Source of the DNA: Nitrospirota bacterium
GTDB taxonomy: Bacteria > Nitrospirota > Thermodesulfovibrionia > Thermodesulfovibrionales > SM23-35
DNA: 61,848 bases
Direction of reading: 5' to 3'
NCBI GenBank assembly: GCA_040753955.1
Contig: JBFMDQ010000005.1
Location: 1-61,848 of the forward strand
The notes under the pieces are model-generated. The model did no database searches, was not told the origin of the DNA, and saw only the letters and a list, made by a program, of their open reading frames with translations. Of this stretch, positions 1-8,491 are shown piece by piece (the stretch's first letter is position 1; each line of letters starts with the position of its first letter). The position numbers and the translations under genes were made by a program.

Positions 1-33
1 TTTTTTCGCTTTCTTTGATAAACTCTTTCTCAT
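1..33 (-). CDS. 5' end of a gene running off the window edge (MRKSLSKKAKK...)
   Basis: ATG at 33-31, open to position 1; AGGAG 10 nt upstream on the minus strand. Confidence 0.35.
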   Translation of the reverse strand, partial: MRKSLSKKAKK

Positions 34-113
34 GGGTATAATTCTCCTTTCTCCCTTTTAGGGATTCTCTTAAACCATTGAGAATTATACCCCAAATCAT
101 ATTTGCATAATCC

Positions 114-641
114 ATGTTACACTATCCGCTTGAGAAGGAGAGGAAGATCGAAGTAGCTGAAGGTAATCTGAAAGCTGTACTTATTGGCACCGTAACTTGT
201 GCTGATCTTTCCGCAGCTTTTGCTATCGTCCGGGAGCACGGTTTGGCCGTCTTCGGCACCACAACGGGTAAGCTGCTGCGAGAGCTGGCGCGGCTAGCCC
301 CGGAATACCCGGTACCCATCCGAACCAAATTTTTAGTTCGCTTTTACTTCTGCGCTCCTACATGCGCGCTGCCGCACGTGGCAGTCGCCGCAGGATGGCT
401 AGCTGGCTTTTGGACAGAGGTCCCGGAAGAGGCGAGCCTGGCAGTTGTAAAAGAGTCCTTCCAGAAAGTCTTCGGTCTTCCTTGGGAGAAGGTGGTGGTT
501 GGCAAGGAGCGTGAGAGGCTTTTTCGCTTCTGGGAGGGCTACGTGGCCGTCGCGGCGCTTAAGTCCCACTCGGAGGTAACCGTAGCCCGGATCAGGGAGG
601 AAAACCCAGAGGTGCTGGTGCTGGAACTGCTGCTAGGCTGA
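114..641 (+). CDS. Hypothetical protein, GC-rich, probably foreign
   Basis: 175-aa ORF; visibly more GC-rich than the flanking genes; no recognisable domain. Confidence 0.5.
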   Translation: MLHYPLEKERKIEVAEGNLKAVLIGTVTCADLSAAFAIVREHGLAVFGTTTGKLLRELARLAPEYPVPIRTKFLVRFYFCAPTCALPHVAVAAGWLAGFWTEVPEEASLAVVKESFQKVFGLPWEKVVVGKERERLFRFWEGYVAVAALKSHSEVTVARIREENPEVLVLELLLG

Positions 642-642
642 A

Positions 643-744
643 AAAATAAGCGATGTTATTGATGATAGATTGGAGGAACAGAGGGTCAAACCTTCAAAAA
701 TCATTTTTGAAGAGATGCCCGCAACAGCAGATAACAGAGTTTGA
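643..744 (+). pseudogene. Startless 3' gene remnant (KISDVIDDRLEEQRVKPSKIIFEEMPATADNRV*) ending inside the palindromic repeat
   Basis: Open frame 643-744 with no start codon (TAG at 634-636 in the same frame); stop overlaps repeat copy 1. Confidence 0.35.
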
Positions 745-775
745 GGCCAACTTCAAAGGCTACGCCCTTCTCAAG
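718..775. repeat. attC-like palindromic repeat family, copy 1 (5' part)
   Basis: 720-772 aligns with 44357-44412; CCCGCAAC..CAGATAACA also at 1271-1290; internal TTGAG/CTCAA and AAGG/CCTT stems. Confidence 0.7.
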
Positions 776-850
776 TTTTTTATTGGTAAACAAAATTAGC
801 CTTTATTTAGGTAAAATAGGTCAAAAGATTAAAAAAATACGGAGGAGTTT

Positions 851-1045
851 ATGAAATACAAAGTAAATCTTAAAAAAACTGATGAAGGTTATGCCGTGTG
901 GGTTCCTGGTCTGCCGGGGTGTTGGTCACAGGGACAAACAGAGGAGGAAGCTTTAGAGAATATTAAAGATGCCATACAAGCATATCTTGAAACTGTTGAG
1001 GATTTAAGCAAAAACAAGGAGTCTCGTTATGTAGAAGTAGGATAA
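851..1045 (+). CDS. hicB: Type II TA antitoxin, HicB family (short, no DNA-binding domain)
   Basis: Y.VWVPGLPGCWSQGQTEEEALENIKDAI signature; GGAGGAG RBS at 841-847; adjacent to hicA. Confidence 0.9.
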   Translation: MKYKVNLKKTDEGYAVWVPGLPGCWSQGQTEEEALENIKDAIQAYLETVEDLSKNKESRYVEVG

Positions 1046-1048
1046 ATT

Positions 1049-1261
1049 ATGCCTAAGTTACCAGGTATAAACCACCAACGAGCTGTTAAAGCTTTTGAAA
1101 AGGCAGGTTTTTGGATTGCAAGAGAGGGGAAACATGTAACAATGACAAATGGAGAGCAAATTATTACTATCCCATGGGCAAATCCAGTTGACGCCTTTAC
1201 GATGGCAGGTATTGTAAAAGATGCAGGTCTCACCATTGAGGAATTCAAGAAACTCTTATAA
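1049..1261 (+). CDS. hicA: Type II TA toxin, HicA family
   Basis: 70 aa; AFEKAGF...REGKH motif with conserved His; ends AGLTIEEFKKLL. Confidence 0.9.
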   Translation: MPKLPGINHQRAVKAFEKAGFWIAREGKHVTMTNGEQIITIPWANPVDAFTMAGIVKDAGLTIEEFKKLL

Positions 1262-1270
1262 GCAACCCTG

Positions 1271-1468
1271 CCCGCAACGGACAGATAACACGTTGCATGT
1301 GTAAAATAAAAAATGCTATGCACTTCACATGCAAGGAAACGATACCCAAAATGACGCTTCGCTTGAACGCCTTTATAGATAGCATTTGTAACATGCATTA
1401 TAAATGTTAGTTATGGTAGACAGGTGCAAGTAATTAAGCAGAGGACGGCGTTCACATTTTGGGTATCG
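1271..1468. repeat. Long multi-palindromic element, repeat family copy 2
   Basis: Inverted pairs TTGCATGTG 1293-1301/1326-1334, AAATGCTAT 1311-1319/1379-1387, CGATACCCAAAATG 1340-1353/1455-1468, TGAACGCC 1363-1370/1447-1454; 1336-1410 recurs at 44421-44492. Confidence 0.85.
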
Positions 1469-1511
1469 GGCTGCCATTGCAGGTAGGAAAGAAGAATTAA
1501 ATCGACCTTTC

Positions 1512-1541
1512 TTGACTTTAGCACATGCTGATTTATAAAAT
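1512..1541 (+). promoter_or_regulatory. Putative sigma70 promoter for tRNA-Gly
   Basis: TTGACT 1512-1517, then TATAAA (16-bp spacer) or TAAAAT (18-bp spacer). Confidence 0.5.
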
Positions 1542-1549
1542 TTTGTATT

Positions 1550-1622
1550 GCGGGCGTAACTCAGGTGGTAGAGTGTCAGCTTCCCAAGCTGAAGGTCGCG
1601 GGTTCAAATCCCGTCGCCCGCT
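1550..1622 (+). tRNA. tRNA-Gly (CCC)
   Basis: Acceptor GCGGGCG/CGCCCGC, anticodon arm TCAGC-TTCCCAA-GCTGA, T-loop GGTTCAAATCC; followed by TCA, so CCA is not encoded. Confidence 0.95.
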
Positions 1623-1724
1623 TCAATATTATTGATACTTTATACAATCCTATGTATCATTCATTTGTATCATTATTTAGACTGCCTGAACCACTTATTT
1701 AAATAAAACAAATAATTTATCAGT

Positions 1725-1754
1725 TTGACAATTTAAAAGATAATCTCTTATTAT
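1725..1754 (+). promoter_or_regulatory. Putative sigma70 promoter for the small-peptide/YeiH operon
   Basis: TTGACA 1725-1730, 18 bp, TATTAT 1749-1754. Confidence 0.45.
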
Positions 1755-1781
1755 AGTAATAATTGTCTAAGAGGTCTATTT

Positions 1782-1901
1782 ATGAAAAAAGAAAATAAGC
1801 GTGTCAGATTTACAATTGAGGATGATTGGTTTTCCTTTTTTATTGGCGTTATCCTCGGATTATTAGTTTTATTCGGCATCATCAAATATATCCCTTGGTA
1901 A
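1782..1901 (+). CDS. 39-aa single-TM membrane peptide (MKKENKRVRFTIEDDWFSFFIGVILGLLVLFGIIKYIPW), absent from the ORF track
   Basis: Hand translation; AAGAGG RBS at 1769-1774; hydrophobic core; 27 bp upstream of YeiH. Confidence 0.75.
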   Translation: MKKENKRVRFTIEDDWFSFFIGVILGLLVLFGIIKYIPW

Positions 1902-1928
1902 TAATCTGATCTAAAGGAGACATAGTAT

Positions 1929-2990
1929 ATGCCAAAAATTCCGCCAGATAAATATGAAACATGGGGTAGCTATATCAAGGCACTAATGCCCGGAGTAATT
2001 TATTGTATCATTTTAGGGATTTTATCTTGGTACTTAGAGAAAGTTGCTTATGCACAGTGGGGGAAAAATATTCCTTTAAATTATGTTTTTATTGCCATTA
2101 TTCTTGGAATTGTAACGAGAAACCTCTTCAAGATAGGTGAAACATTTATAGAGGGAATCAATTTTAGTTCCAAAGTCTTTCTATATATTGGCGTTGTTTT
2201 AATAGGCGCTAAGCTGAATATTGCTCAAATCTTGAAAGTAGGAAGCGGTGCTCTTCTAATGGTCTCCTTTTCTATAACACTAATGGTTCTTTTATCTGGC
2301 TGGATCTCCAATAGATATCAATTGGGACATCGGGTAGGCCATTTGGTTGGGACGGGAATCGGAATCTGCGGTGTCTCAGCAGTTATTGCAACAGCTCCTG
2401 CCATCAAGGCAACCGAAAAAGAGATAATTATAGCAATTGGCGCATCACTTCTAACAGATGTTATGTGTCTTTTTGCCATTCCTCTGATTGGCCATTACTT
2501 TGGATGGAATGACACCTTTGTAGGCTACTTATCTGGTGTTACACCCTCGAATACAGCCCAGTGTATTGCAACAGGTTTTGCGTACAGTGAGGTTTCTGGA
2601 TATGTCGCAACAATCACCAAATCCGCCAGAAATGCTCTCATGCCAGCTCTTATCCTGGCACTCATTTATTATTACACCAAAAAGGGGTTACCTGTTGGAG
2701 AGAGGGTAAGAATCGGCATACTCTGGTCTAAATTCCCTAAATTTGTATTAGGACTGCTAGTGTTATCCGGCCTTGCAAGTTTCGGTTTGTTTACTAAGGA
2801 AATGGTTAAAACAACCACTCACATGTATCAGTGGTTGTTTTCATTTTGTTTTGTTTCAATCGGAGCTGCGGTTGACTTGAAACAATTCAAAGGGAGAGAC
2901 ATTGCCCCAATTGTTGCCGGTTTTATATTAACTTTTATTCTATTTGGATATGCATTTTTGTTTGCTGGCTATGTTCTTGGGGCAAAATAA
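1929..2990 (+). CDS. YeiH/UPF0324 putative sulfate exporter family transporter
   Basis: Multi-TM; G..IGICGVSAVIATAPAIKA motif; AAGGAG RBS. Confidence 0.85.
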   Translation: MPKIPPDKYETWGSYIKALMPGVIYCIILGILSWYLEKVAYAQWGKNIPLNYVFIAIILGIVTRNLFKIGETFIEGINFSSKVFLYIGVVLIGAKLNIAQILKVGSGALLMVSFSITLMVLLSGWISNRYQLGHRVGHLVGTGIGICGVSAVIATAPAIKATEKEIIIAIGASLLTDVMCLFAIPLIGHYFGWNDTFVGYLSGVTPSNTAQCIATGFAYSEVSGYVATITKSARNALMPALILALIYYYTKKGLPVGERVRIGILWSKFPKFVLGLLVLSGLASFGLFTKEMVKTTTHMYQWLFSFCFVSIGAAVDLKQFKGRDIAPIVAGFILTFILFGYAFLFAGYVLGAK

Positions 2991-3053
2991 TAAGTAGAAA
3001 AACTCTGTGAATTCCACTTATTTTTTTCTGTTCATATCGGTAAATATATTTCC

Positions 3054-3620
3054 TTACCGGCGCATCAGTTTCCATACATAGTAAATCCTCTGAGCAACAG
3101 TAACGTGGGTAAGGATGAGCATTATCCATAATACAGGTACGAGCCATCCTGTTATTGTGGCGAATACTAAGAGGATAATCCTCTCGGGTCTCTCCATGAT
3201 TCCTATATGGCAAGATTCACCGAGGCCCTCTGCCCTTGCCCTTGCATAACTGATCAAGAATGCGCCTATCAAAGTCCCAAGGCTAAGAAATGCACCAGTG
3301 TGGTTTCCCTTTTCTGCAAGGTACCATGCGATTGCAATGAAGAGAAATGCATCAGAATATCTATCCAGTACAGAATCTAAGAATGCACCGAATCTCGTGG
3401 TCTTACTGTTGATTCTTGCCACGATGCCATCAAACATATCAAATAGACCACCAATGAGAATAAGAAAGCCACCGAGTTTTAAGTTATGAAGTATGACTAA
3501 GGTTGCAACACATGTCACAACAAAACCTGTCACTGTAAATATATTCGGATTTAATTGGATTCTTTTTACGATTGGGCTGAGAGGTCTGTCAAGAAAATGA
3601 CCGAATTTGGCAATTAACAC
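3054..3620 (-). CDS. CDP-alcohol phosphatidyltransferase, probable phosphatidylinositol-phosphate synthase type
   Basis: DMFDGIVAR...GAFLDSVLDRYSD signature; C-terminal MERPER; directly downstream of ino1. Confidence 0.85.
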   Translation of the reverse strand: MLIAKFGHFLDRPLSPIVKRIQLNPNIFTVTGFVVTCVATLVILHNLKLGGFLILIGGLFDMFDGIVARINSKTTRFGAFLDSVLDRYSDAFLFIAIAWYLAEKGNHTGAFLSLGTLIGAFLISYARARAEGLGESCHIGIMERPERIILLVFATITGWLVPVLWIMLILTHVTVAQRIYYVWKLMRR

Positions 3621-3623
3621 CTT

Positions 3624-4727
3624 CTACTTTTCCCTTTTCCCAGTAATAAATTCTTCTACCATGTCCCGTGCCTTTTCATCTGAGAACTGTACCAAGGGAT
3701 GTTTCATGAAATATGCGGAAGGAGATATGAGCACCCCCCCTACCCTTCTGTTCCGAGCAATCCTGCAGCATCTTATAGCATCTATAACAACCCCTGCACT
3801 GTTTGGAGAGTCTTCGACAGAAAGTCTGAGTTCAAGACTTACGGGTATGTTTCCAAAAATTCTTCCCTCTATCCTGAGAAAACATATCTTGTTGTCCATA
3901 AGCCAGGGGACATAGTCAGAAGGGCCTATGTGGATATTTTCATTTTTTAATGGACTCTGGAGTTGAGACTGAACGGCCTCTGTCTTTGATATCTTCTTAG
4001 ATTTTAATCTGTAGTGATTTAGCATATTCAAAAAATCGGTATTTCCACCTATATTTAACTGATATGTACTATCTATCTTTACGCCCCTGTCTTCAAAGAG
4101 CTTCGTCAGTGTTCGGTGAATGATCGTGGCTCCTATCTGGCTTTTAATATCGTCTCCTATAATCGGAATATTTTTCTCTTCAAAGCGCCTTGCCCAGGAT
4201 TTGTCAGATGCAATGAAGACAGGAATACAATTAATTAAACTAACACCGGTTTTCAGGCATGCCTCGGCATAAATGGCTGTTGCCTTTTCAGATCCTACAG
4301 GCAGATAGTTCAATAGTATATCGGTATCGCTTTCCCTCAAAACCTTCGCAACATCACAGGGCTTCTTTTCGGCAATAATAAATCTTCTTTCTTTTTGATA
4401 ATCTTCCATATGAGGAGATACGCCATCTAACACCTCACCCATTTCGACTGTGGCAGGATAATCTGGTAGTTTTTCATTGAATACCTTTGTACAGTTAGGT
4501 CTGGCAAAAATAGCTTCCCTTAGAGGTCTGCCTACTTTTCTCTTGTCTATATCAAAGGCTGCCACAATCTGGATATCACTTGGTCTGTACCCTCCGAGGT
4601 CATAATGCATCAGGCCGAGGGCCCTATCCGGATGGCTCTCACCTAAGGCCTTGTAATATTCAATGCCCTGGATCAGTGAGCTGGCGCAATTCCCGACCCC
4701 AGCAATCGCAATCCTTATCTCATGCAT
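3624..4727 (-). CDS. ino1: myo-inositol-1-phosphate synthase
   Basis: [33 protein letters not shown] and VEDSPNSAG motifs. Confidence 0.95.
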   Translation of the reverse strand: MHEIRIAIAGVGNCASSLIQGIEYYKALGESHPDRALGLMHYDLGGYRPSDIQIVAAFDIDKRKVGRPLREAIFARPNCTKVFNEKLPDYPATVEMGEVLDGVSPHMEDYQKERRFIIAEKKPCDVAKVLRESDTDILLNYLPVGSEKATAIYAEACLKTGVSLINCIPVFIASDKSWARRFEEKNIPIIGDDIKSQIGATIIHRTLTKLFEDRGVKIDSTYQLNIGGNTDFLNMLNHYRLKSKKISKTEAVQSQLQSPLKNENIHIGPSDYVPWLMDNKICFLRIEGRIFGNIPVSLELRLSVEDSPNSAGVVIDAIRCCRIARNRRVGGVLISPSAYFMKHPLVQFSDEKARDMVEEFITGKREK

Positions 4728-4731
4728 TCTC

Positions 4732-5148
4732 TTATTTCACCCTTTTCTGAGTCCTTTTGTATAAAAGCAGTATAAGGTCTTCGAGCTTTATACTGAATTC
4801 CGTTAAAAGGCTGTCTAAAGATCCCTCACAATAAAGCAGAAATCTTTTCCATATCCTCTGTATGGTGTCCTTATCCAGATCAGATGCAATTGCGACTTCC
4901 CTGTAGCTCATTCCCTTGAGAAGGTGACGGATGACTTCCTTTATCTTGGACTCTTTTGTATGTAGGCCGAAGAAGAATGTGCTGCGTCGCTCAGAAAATT
5001 TAAAATTACAGGTCTTGCATTTAAGAAGTTTCCTGCGCTCTCTTCCGTACCTGTCATAAATGACGATATTTCCAAGTCCCCTTTTTCCATGGTCACCGCA
5101 TGCCTCATTGGGACAAAAAAAATCTTCTAACTTAAGAGGAATTTCCAT
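4732..5148 (-). CDS. InsA-like Zn-ribbon plus HTH protein without a transposase domain
   Basis: FCPNEAC...[11 protein letters not shown], then [25 protein letters not shown]; ATG at 5148 preferred over the track's TTG at 5166. Confidence 0.65.
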   Translation of the reverse strand: MEIPLKLEDFFCPNEACGDHGKRGLGNIVIYDRYGRERRKLLKCKTCNFKFSERRSTFFFGLHTKESKIKEVIRHLLKGMSYREVAIASDLDKDTIQRIWKRFLLYCEGSLDSLLTEFSIKLEDLILLLYKRTQKRVK

Positions 5149-5154
5149 ACATTC

Positions 5155-5184
5155 TTTATATATCAAAGCCCTTTTCTATGTCAA
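5155..5184 (-). promoter_or_regulatory. Putative sigma70 promoter for InsA-like-ino1-PI synthase
   Basis: Minus-strand TTGACA (5184-5179), 18 bp, TATAAA (5160-5155). Confidence 0.55.
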
Positions 5185-5221
5185 GAGTTAATCCAGCAAA
5201 ATGGGGACACTTTAGGGTATG

Positions 5222-6295
5222 CTATTGCCCGATGTTAATTCCCAGCTTTTTATAAAGTAAGGGGAAGTTCACATTCTCCATAACCAGGTCCATGCCACGA
5301 GCCACTTTAGCCTTGTCCCTCAATCTTAACCTTACAGAGAGTCTTTCCACCTTCTTGGCCACAGTATAGGTATCATCCCTTACCACTATAATAGGTATAT
5401 CTCTCTGTTCGGCCCTGGCTATAATTATCTCACTGGGATAGAGTTCACCGGTAAGGACGAGGCATTCGGTGCCGGATTCTATGGCGGATAAATGGATATC
5501 GACTCGGTCACCTCCTACAATAACCGCATTATTTTTTGTCCTTTTAAAATACTCAGTGGCCTTATCTACTTGCATAGCCCCGATTAAAAAATGCTCCACC
5601 AGATTGTTCAGCCTGTCATGGCAGCATAAAACCTTGCCCCCCAGCATCTCATTCAATTCCTCTACTGTAATGGAACCAACTAGGGAGTCATGCGGTAGTA
5701 TGCCGATGATATCCACACCCTTCCTCTTTAAAAATGGGATAATATAATCCTCTACACCTTGCTTATATTCATGAGTCACTTTATTTAATATTACCCCTAT
5801 AAAGTGATCATTAAGGTCCCTTTTTGCCTGGAGGATATAATCCACACAAAACTCACCCTCATACTTCACCACAATTACCGCCTTTGCATTGAGGCGCTTT
5901 ATTACTTTAAGGCCTGATACGCCAAGAACACTCCCGGAATATATGCTGCCATAGCCGCCAATTATCATGATGTCTTTATCTTCCGACAATCGCTGGAAGG
6001 ATCTTTCGATTCTTCCCAGAAGACCCTTAATGTCCTTTAGGTAAGCCTTGACCGTAAGCTCCTGGGTCAATACCACAGGGCATATTTCAGCTACGGGATC
6101 TTTTAGTTCGAGTACCCTGTAAATAAACCAGGCGTCCTTATCCATTAGAATATTCTCAACCTTAATAGGTAAGATACCCACAGGCTTGAAATAGCCTACC
6201 CTGAAGCCGTCTTTCTTAAACTTATGACCTACTCCCATAGAGACTAAGCTCTTGCCAGAGTACCCTGATGTGGAACCTACATATAAAGAAATCAT
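5222..6295 (-). CDS. Phosphotransacetylase N-terminal-like (AAA_26/BioD-like plus DRTGG) protein
   Basis: GSTSGYSGKS P-loop-like start, GYFKPVG, IGAMQ...IVGGDR; no PTA catalytic domain. Confidence 0.85.
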   Translation of the reverse strand: MISLYVGSTSGYSGKSLVSMGVGHKFKKDGFRVGYFKPVGILPIKVENILMDKDAWFIYRVLELKDPVAEICPVVLTQELTVKAYLKDIKGLLGRIERSFQRLSEDKDIMIIGGYGSIYSGSVLGVSGLKVIKRLNAKAVIVVKYEGEFCVDYILQAKRDLNDHFIGVILNKVTHEYKQGVEDYIIPFLKRKGVDIIGILPHDSLVGSITVEELNEMLGGKVLCCHDRLNNLVEHFLIGAMQVDKATEYFKRTKNNAVIVGGDRVDIHLSAIESGTECLVLTGELYPSEIIIARAEQRDIPIIVVRDDTYTVAKKVERLSVRLRLRDKAKVARGMDLVMENVNFPLLYKKLGINIGQ

Positions 6296-6296
6296 T

Positions 6297-8393
6297 TTAG
6301 TCCCCTCCTATGGTAAATCGTGCATCGATTGCTACCACTCCCTCTCCTCGTTTCTTAACCAAGAGTGGGTTGATCTCAGCCTCGATAATCTGAGGAAAAT
6401 CTAAAGCCATTTGCGATAAAATTAATAAGGATTTCTTAATGGCCGCGATGTCTGCCTCAGTCTCTCCTCTAACCCCCCGCAAAATGGGAAAGGTTTTGGT
6501 TTCCCGAATCATTTCACGGGCATCCTCATGGCTTAATGGTACAATCCTGAAAGAGATGTCCTTCAAGACCTCCACGTAAATCCCACCCAGTCCAAACATA
6601 ATCATATGCCCAAACTGGGCATCTTTAGTTATGCCTATGATTACCTCCTTTCCACCAAGTATCATCTCCTGAATCATCACCCCATATATAGTGGCAGTAG
6701 GCATAATGTCTTTAACACGGGTAGTAATATCAAAAAAGGCATCCTCTACCTCCTTTTTGTTATTTAGATTGATTTTGATCCCACCTATATCACTCTTATG
6801 GACAATCTGGGGTGAGATGATTTTCATGACCACAGGGTAACCCATTCCTTTAGCTGCGGCAACAGCCTCTTCAGAGGTTCTGGCCCACAAACTCTTTGGC
6901 TGCAAAAATCCGTAAGTCTTTAAAACCTCATAGACTTCTGGCTCGCTTAAACGCTCACGTTTTTCTTCCCTGACCTTTTCAAATATGTGGAGCACCTTCT
7001 CTTTTAAATCATCAAGACGGGCGTACGGCTTATCAGGCCTGTTTATCCAGACCTGATATCGACACATAGCATTTAAAGAGGAAACCGCTTCTTCTGGATA
7101 ACTGTAATTGGGAACATTGTACTTCATAAGGATCTTAGAACCGGATTCAACACTCTTTCTCCCCATAAATGAGGTAAGGATAGGTCTGTCAATTAAATTA
7201 GCAATGTTTGCTATTGCCTTGGCAGCACCTTCTACGTTCACGACTGCTGTTGGAGTCAAAAGAACTATTACTCCGTTTACCTTCTCATCTTGTACCACTG
7301 TATAAAGGGCTTTTTCATATCTCTCTGCGGTAGCATCTCCTAAAATGTCAACGGGATTATAGAATGATGCAACAGGCGGCAGGAAAGTTCTGAGTTCATC
7401 TACTGTTTCTTTATGTAAGGGAACGAGCTGGAGGTCCGACCTGTCACAGGCATCTGCTGCTATAATCCCTGGTCCGCCAGAGTTAGTTATGATGGCCACA
7501 TTTGGACCTTCAGGTAGAGGCTGATTGGCAAAAGCCAGGGCGTAATTAAAAAGTTCACCAACCGAATGTGCCCGAATAACCCCGCTTTGTTTGAAGGCAG
7601 CATCAAAGGCCGCCTCCCGGCCTGCAAGTGCTCCTGTATGGGAAGAGGCTGCTTTGGCCCCTGAGCTGGTAATACCAGATTTCAGTATAATAAGGGGCTT
7701 CTTTTTAGATACCTGGCTGGCGACCTCCATAAACCTTCTGCCGTCATTCACTCCTTCAATATATCCTAAAATAACCTTTGTATTATCATCTTCAGCTAAG
7801 GCCAGCATGATGTCTGTATCTGAGATGTCCGCCTTGTTCCCCATACTTATGAATTTTGAGAATCCTATGTCTTCAGCCAGGGCCCGATCAAGAACGGCAA
7901 TGCAAAGTGCACCGGACTGGGAGAAGAATCCGATACTTCCTTTATTCGGCATGCCAGCAGCAAAAGAGGCATTGACTCTTGAGTGGGTATCAATCACGCC
8001 CAGACAATTAGGACCTATAATCCTGACCCCTGATTCCTTTGCCCTTTTGACCAGTTCATTCTCTAACTTAGTGCCTTCTGATCCGCTCTCTCTAAATCCT
8101 GCAGTTATAATTACAGCAGCATCAATCCCCCTGTCTCCGCATTGACCAATGACTTCTGACACCTTTTGTGGAGGGACCGCCACCACTGCTAACCCAATTT
8201 CGCCGGGTACATCCAGAATGGAGGGATAAGCCCTTAGACCCAGAATTTCTGGGGCCTCAGGATTAACAGGATAGACAGCCCCCTTGTAACCATACTGAAT
8301 TATATTTTTGAGAATATCATAGCCTATTTTTCCCGGTGTCCTCGATGCCCCGATGACCGCAATAGACTTTGGATTAAAAAAATTGTTTAGCAT
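6297..8393 (-). CDS. Acetate-CoA ligase (ADP-forming), fused alpha/beta
   Basis: IGPNCLG, SQSGAL, SHTGALAG and HKSDIGG motifs. Confidence 0.9.
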   Translation of the reverse strand: MLNNFFNPKSIAVIGASRTPGKIGYDILKNIIQYGYKGAVYPVNPEAPEILGLRAYPSILDVPGEIGLAVVAVPPQKVSEVIGQCGDRGIDAAVIITAGFRESGSEGTKLENELVKRAKESGVRIIGPNCLGVIDTHSRVNASFAAGMPNKGSIGFFSQSGALCIAVLDRALAEDIGFSKFISMGNKADISDTDIMLALAEDDNTKVILGYIEGVNDGRRFMEVASQVSKKKPLIILKSGITSSGAKAASSHTGALAGREAAFDAAFKQSGVIRAHSVGELFNYALAFANQPLPEGPNVAIITNSGGPGIIAADACDRSDLQLVPLHKETVDELRTFLPPVASFYNPVDILGDATAERYEKALYTVVQDEKVNGVIVLLTPTAVVNVEGAAKAIANIANLIDRPILTSFMGRKSVESGSKILMKYNVPNYSYPEEAVSSLNAMCRYQVWINRPDKPYARLDDLKEKVLHIFEKVREEKRERLSEPEVYEVLKTYGFLQPKSLWARTSEEAVAAAKGMGYPVVMKIISPQIVHKSDIGGIKINLNNKKEVEDAFFDITTRVKDIMPTATIYGVMIQEMILGGKEVIIGITKDAQFGHMIMFGLGGIYVEVLKDISFRIVPLSHEDAREMIRETKTFPILRGVRGETEADIAAIKKSLLILSQMALDFPQIIEAEINPLLVKKRGEGVVAIDARFTIGGD

Positions 8394-8491
8394 ATATCGC
8401 AGATTTCGTAGATGAATATTTAGCGTTTCTATGAAATATATTACCCAAGGTATAGTGCATTTTAAAATATAAAATTGTCCTTTTAACCCGA

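Noticed and set aside
1027-1398. 123-aa minus-strand ORF over hicA
   Set aside because: It is antisense to a clear HicA and runs through the palindrome
4732-5166. Active IS1 element
   Set aside because: No DDE transposase frame, frameshift window, terminal IRs or target duplication found
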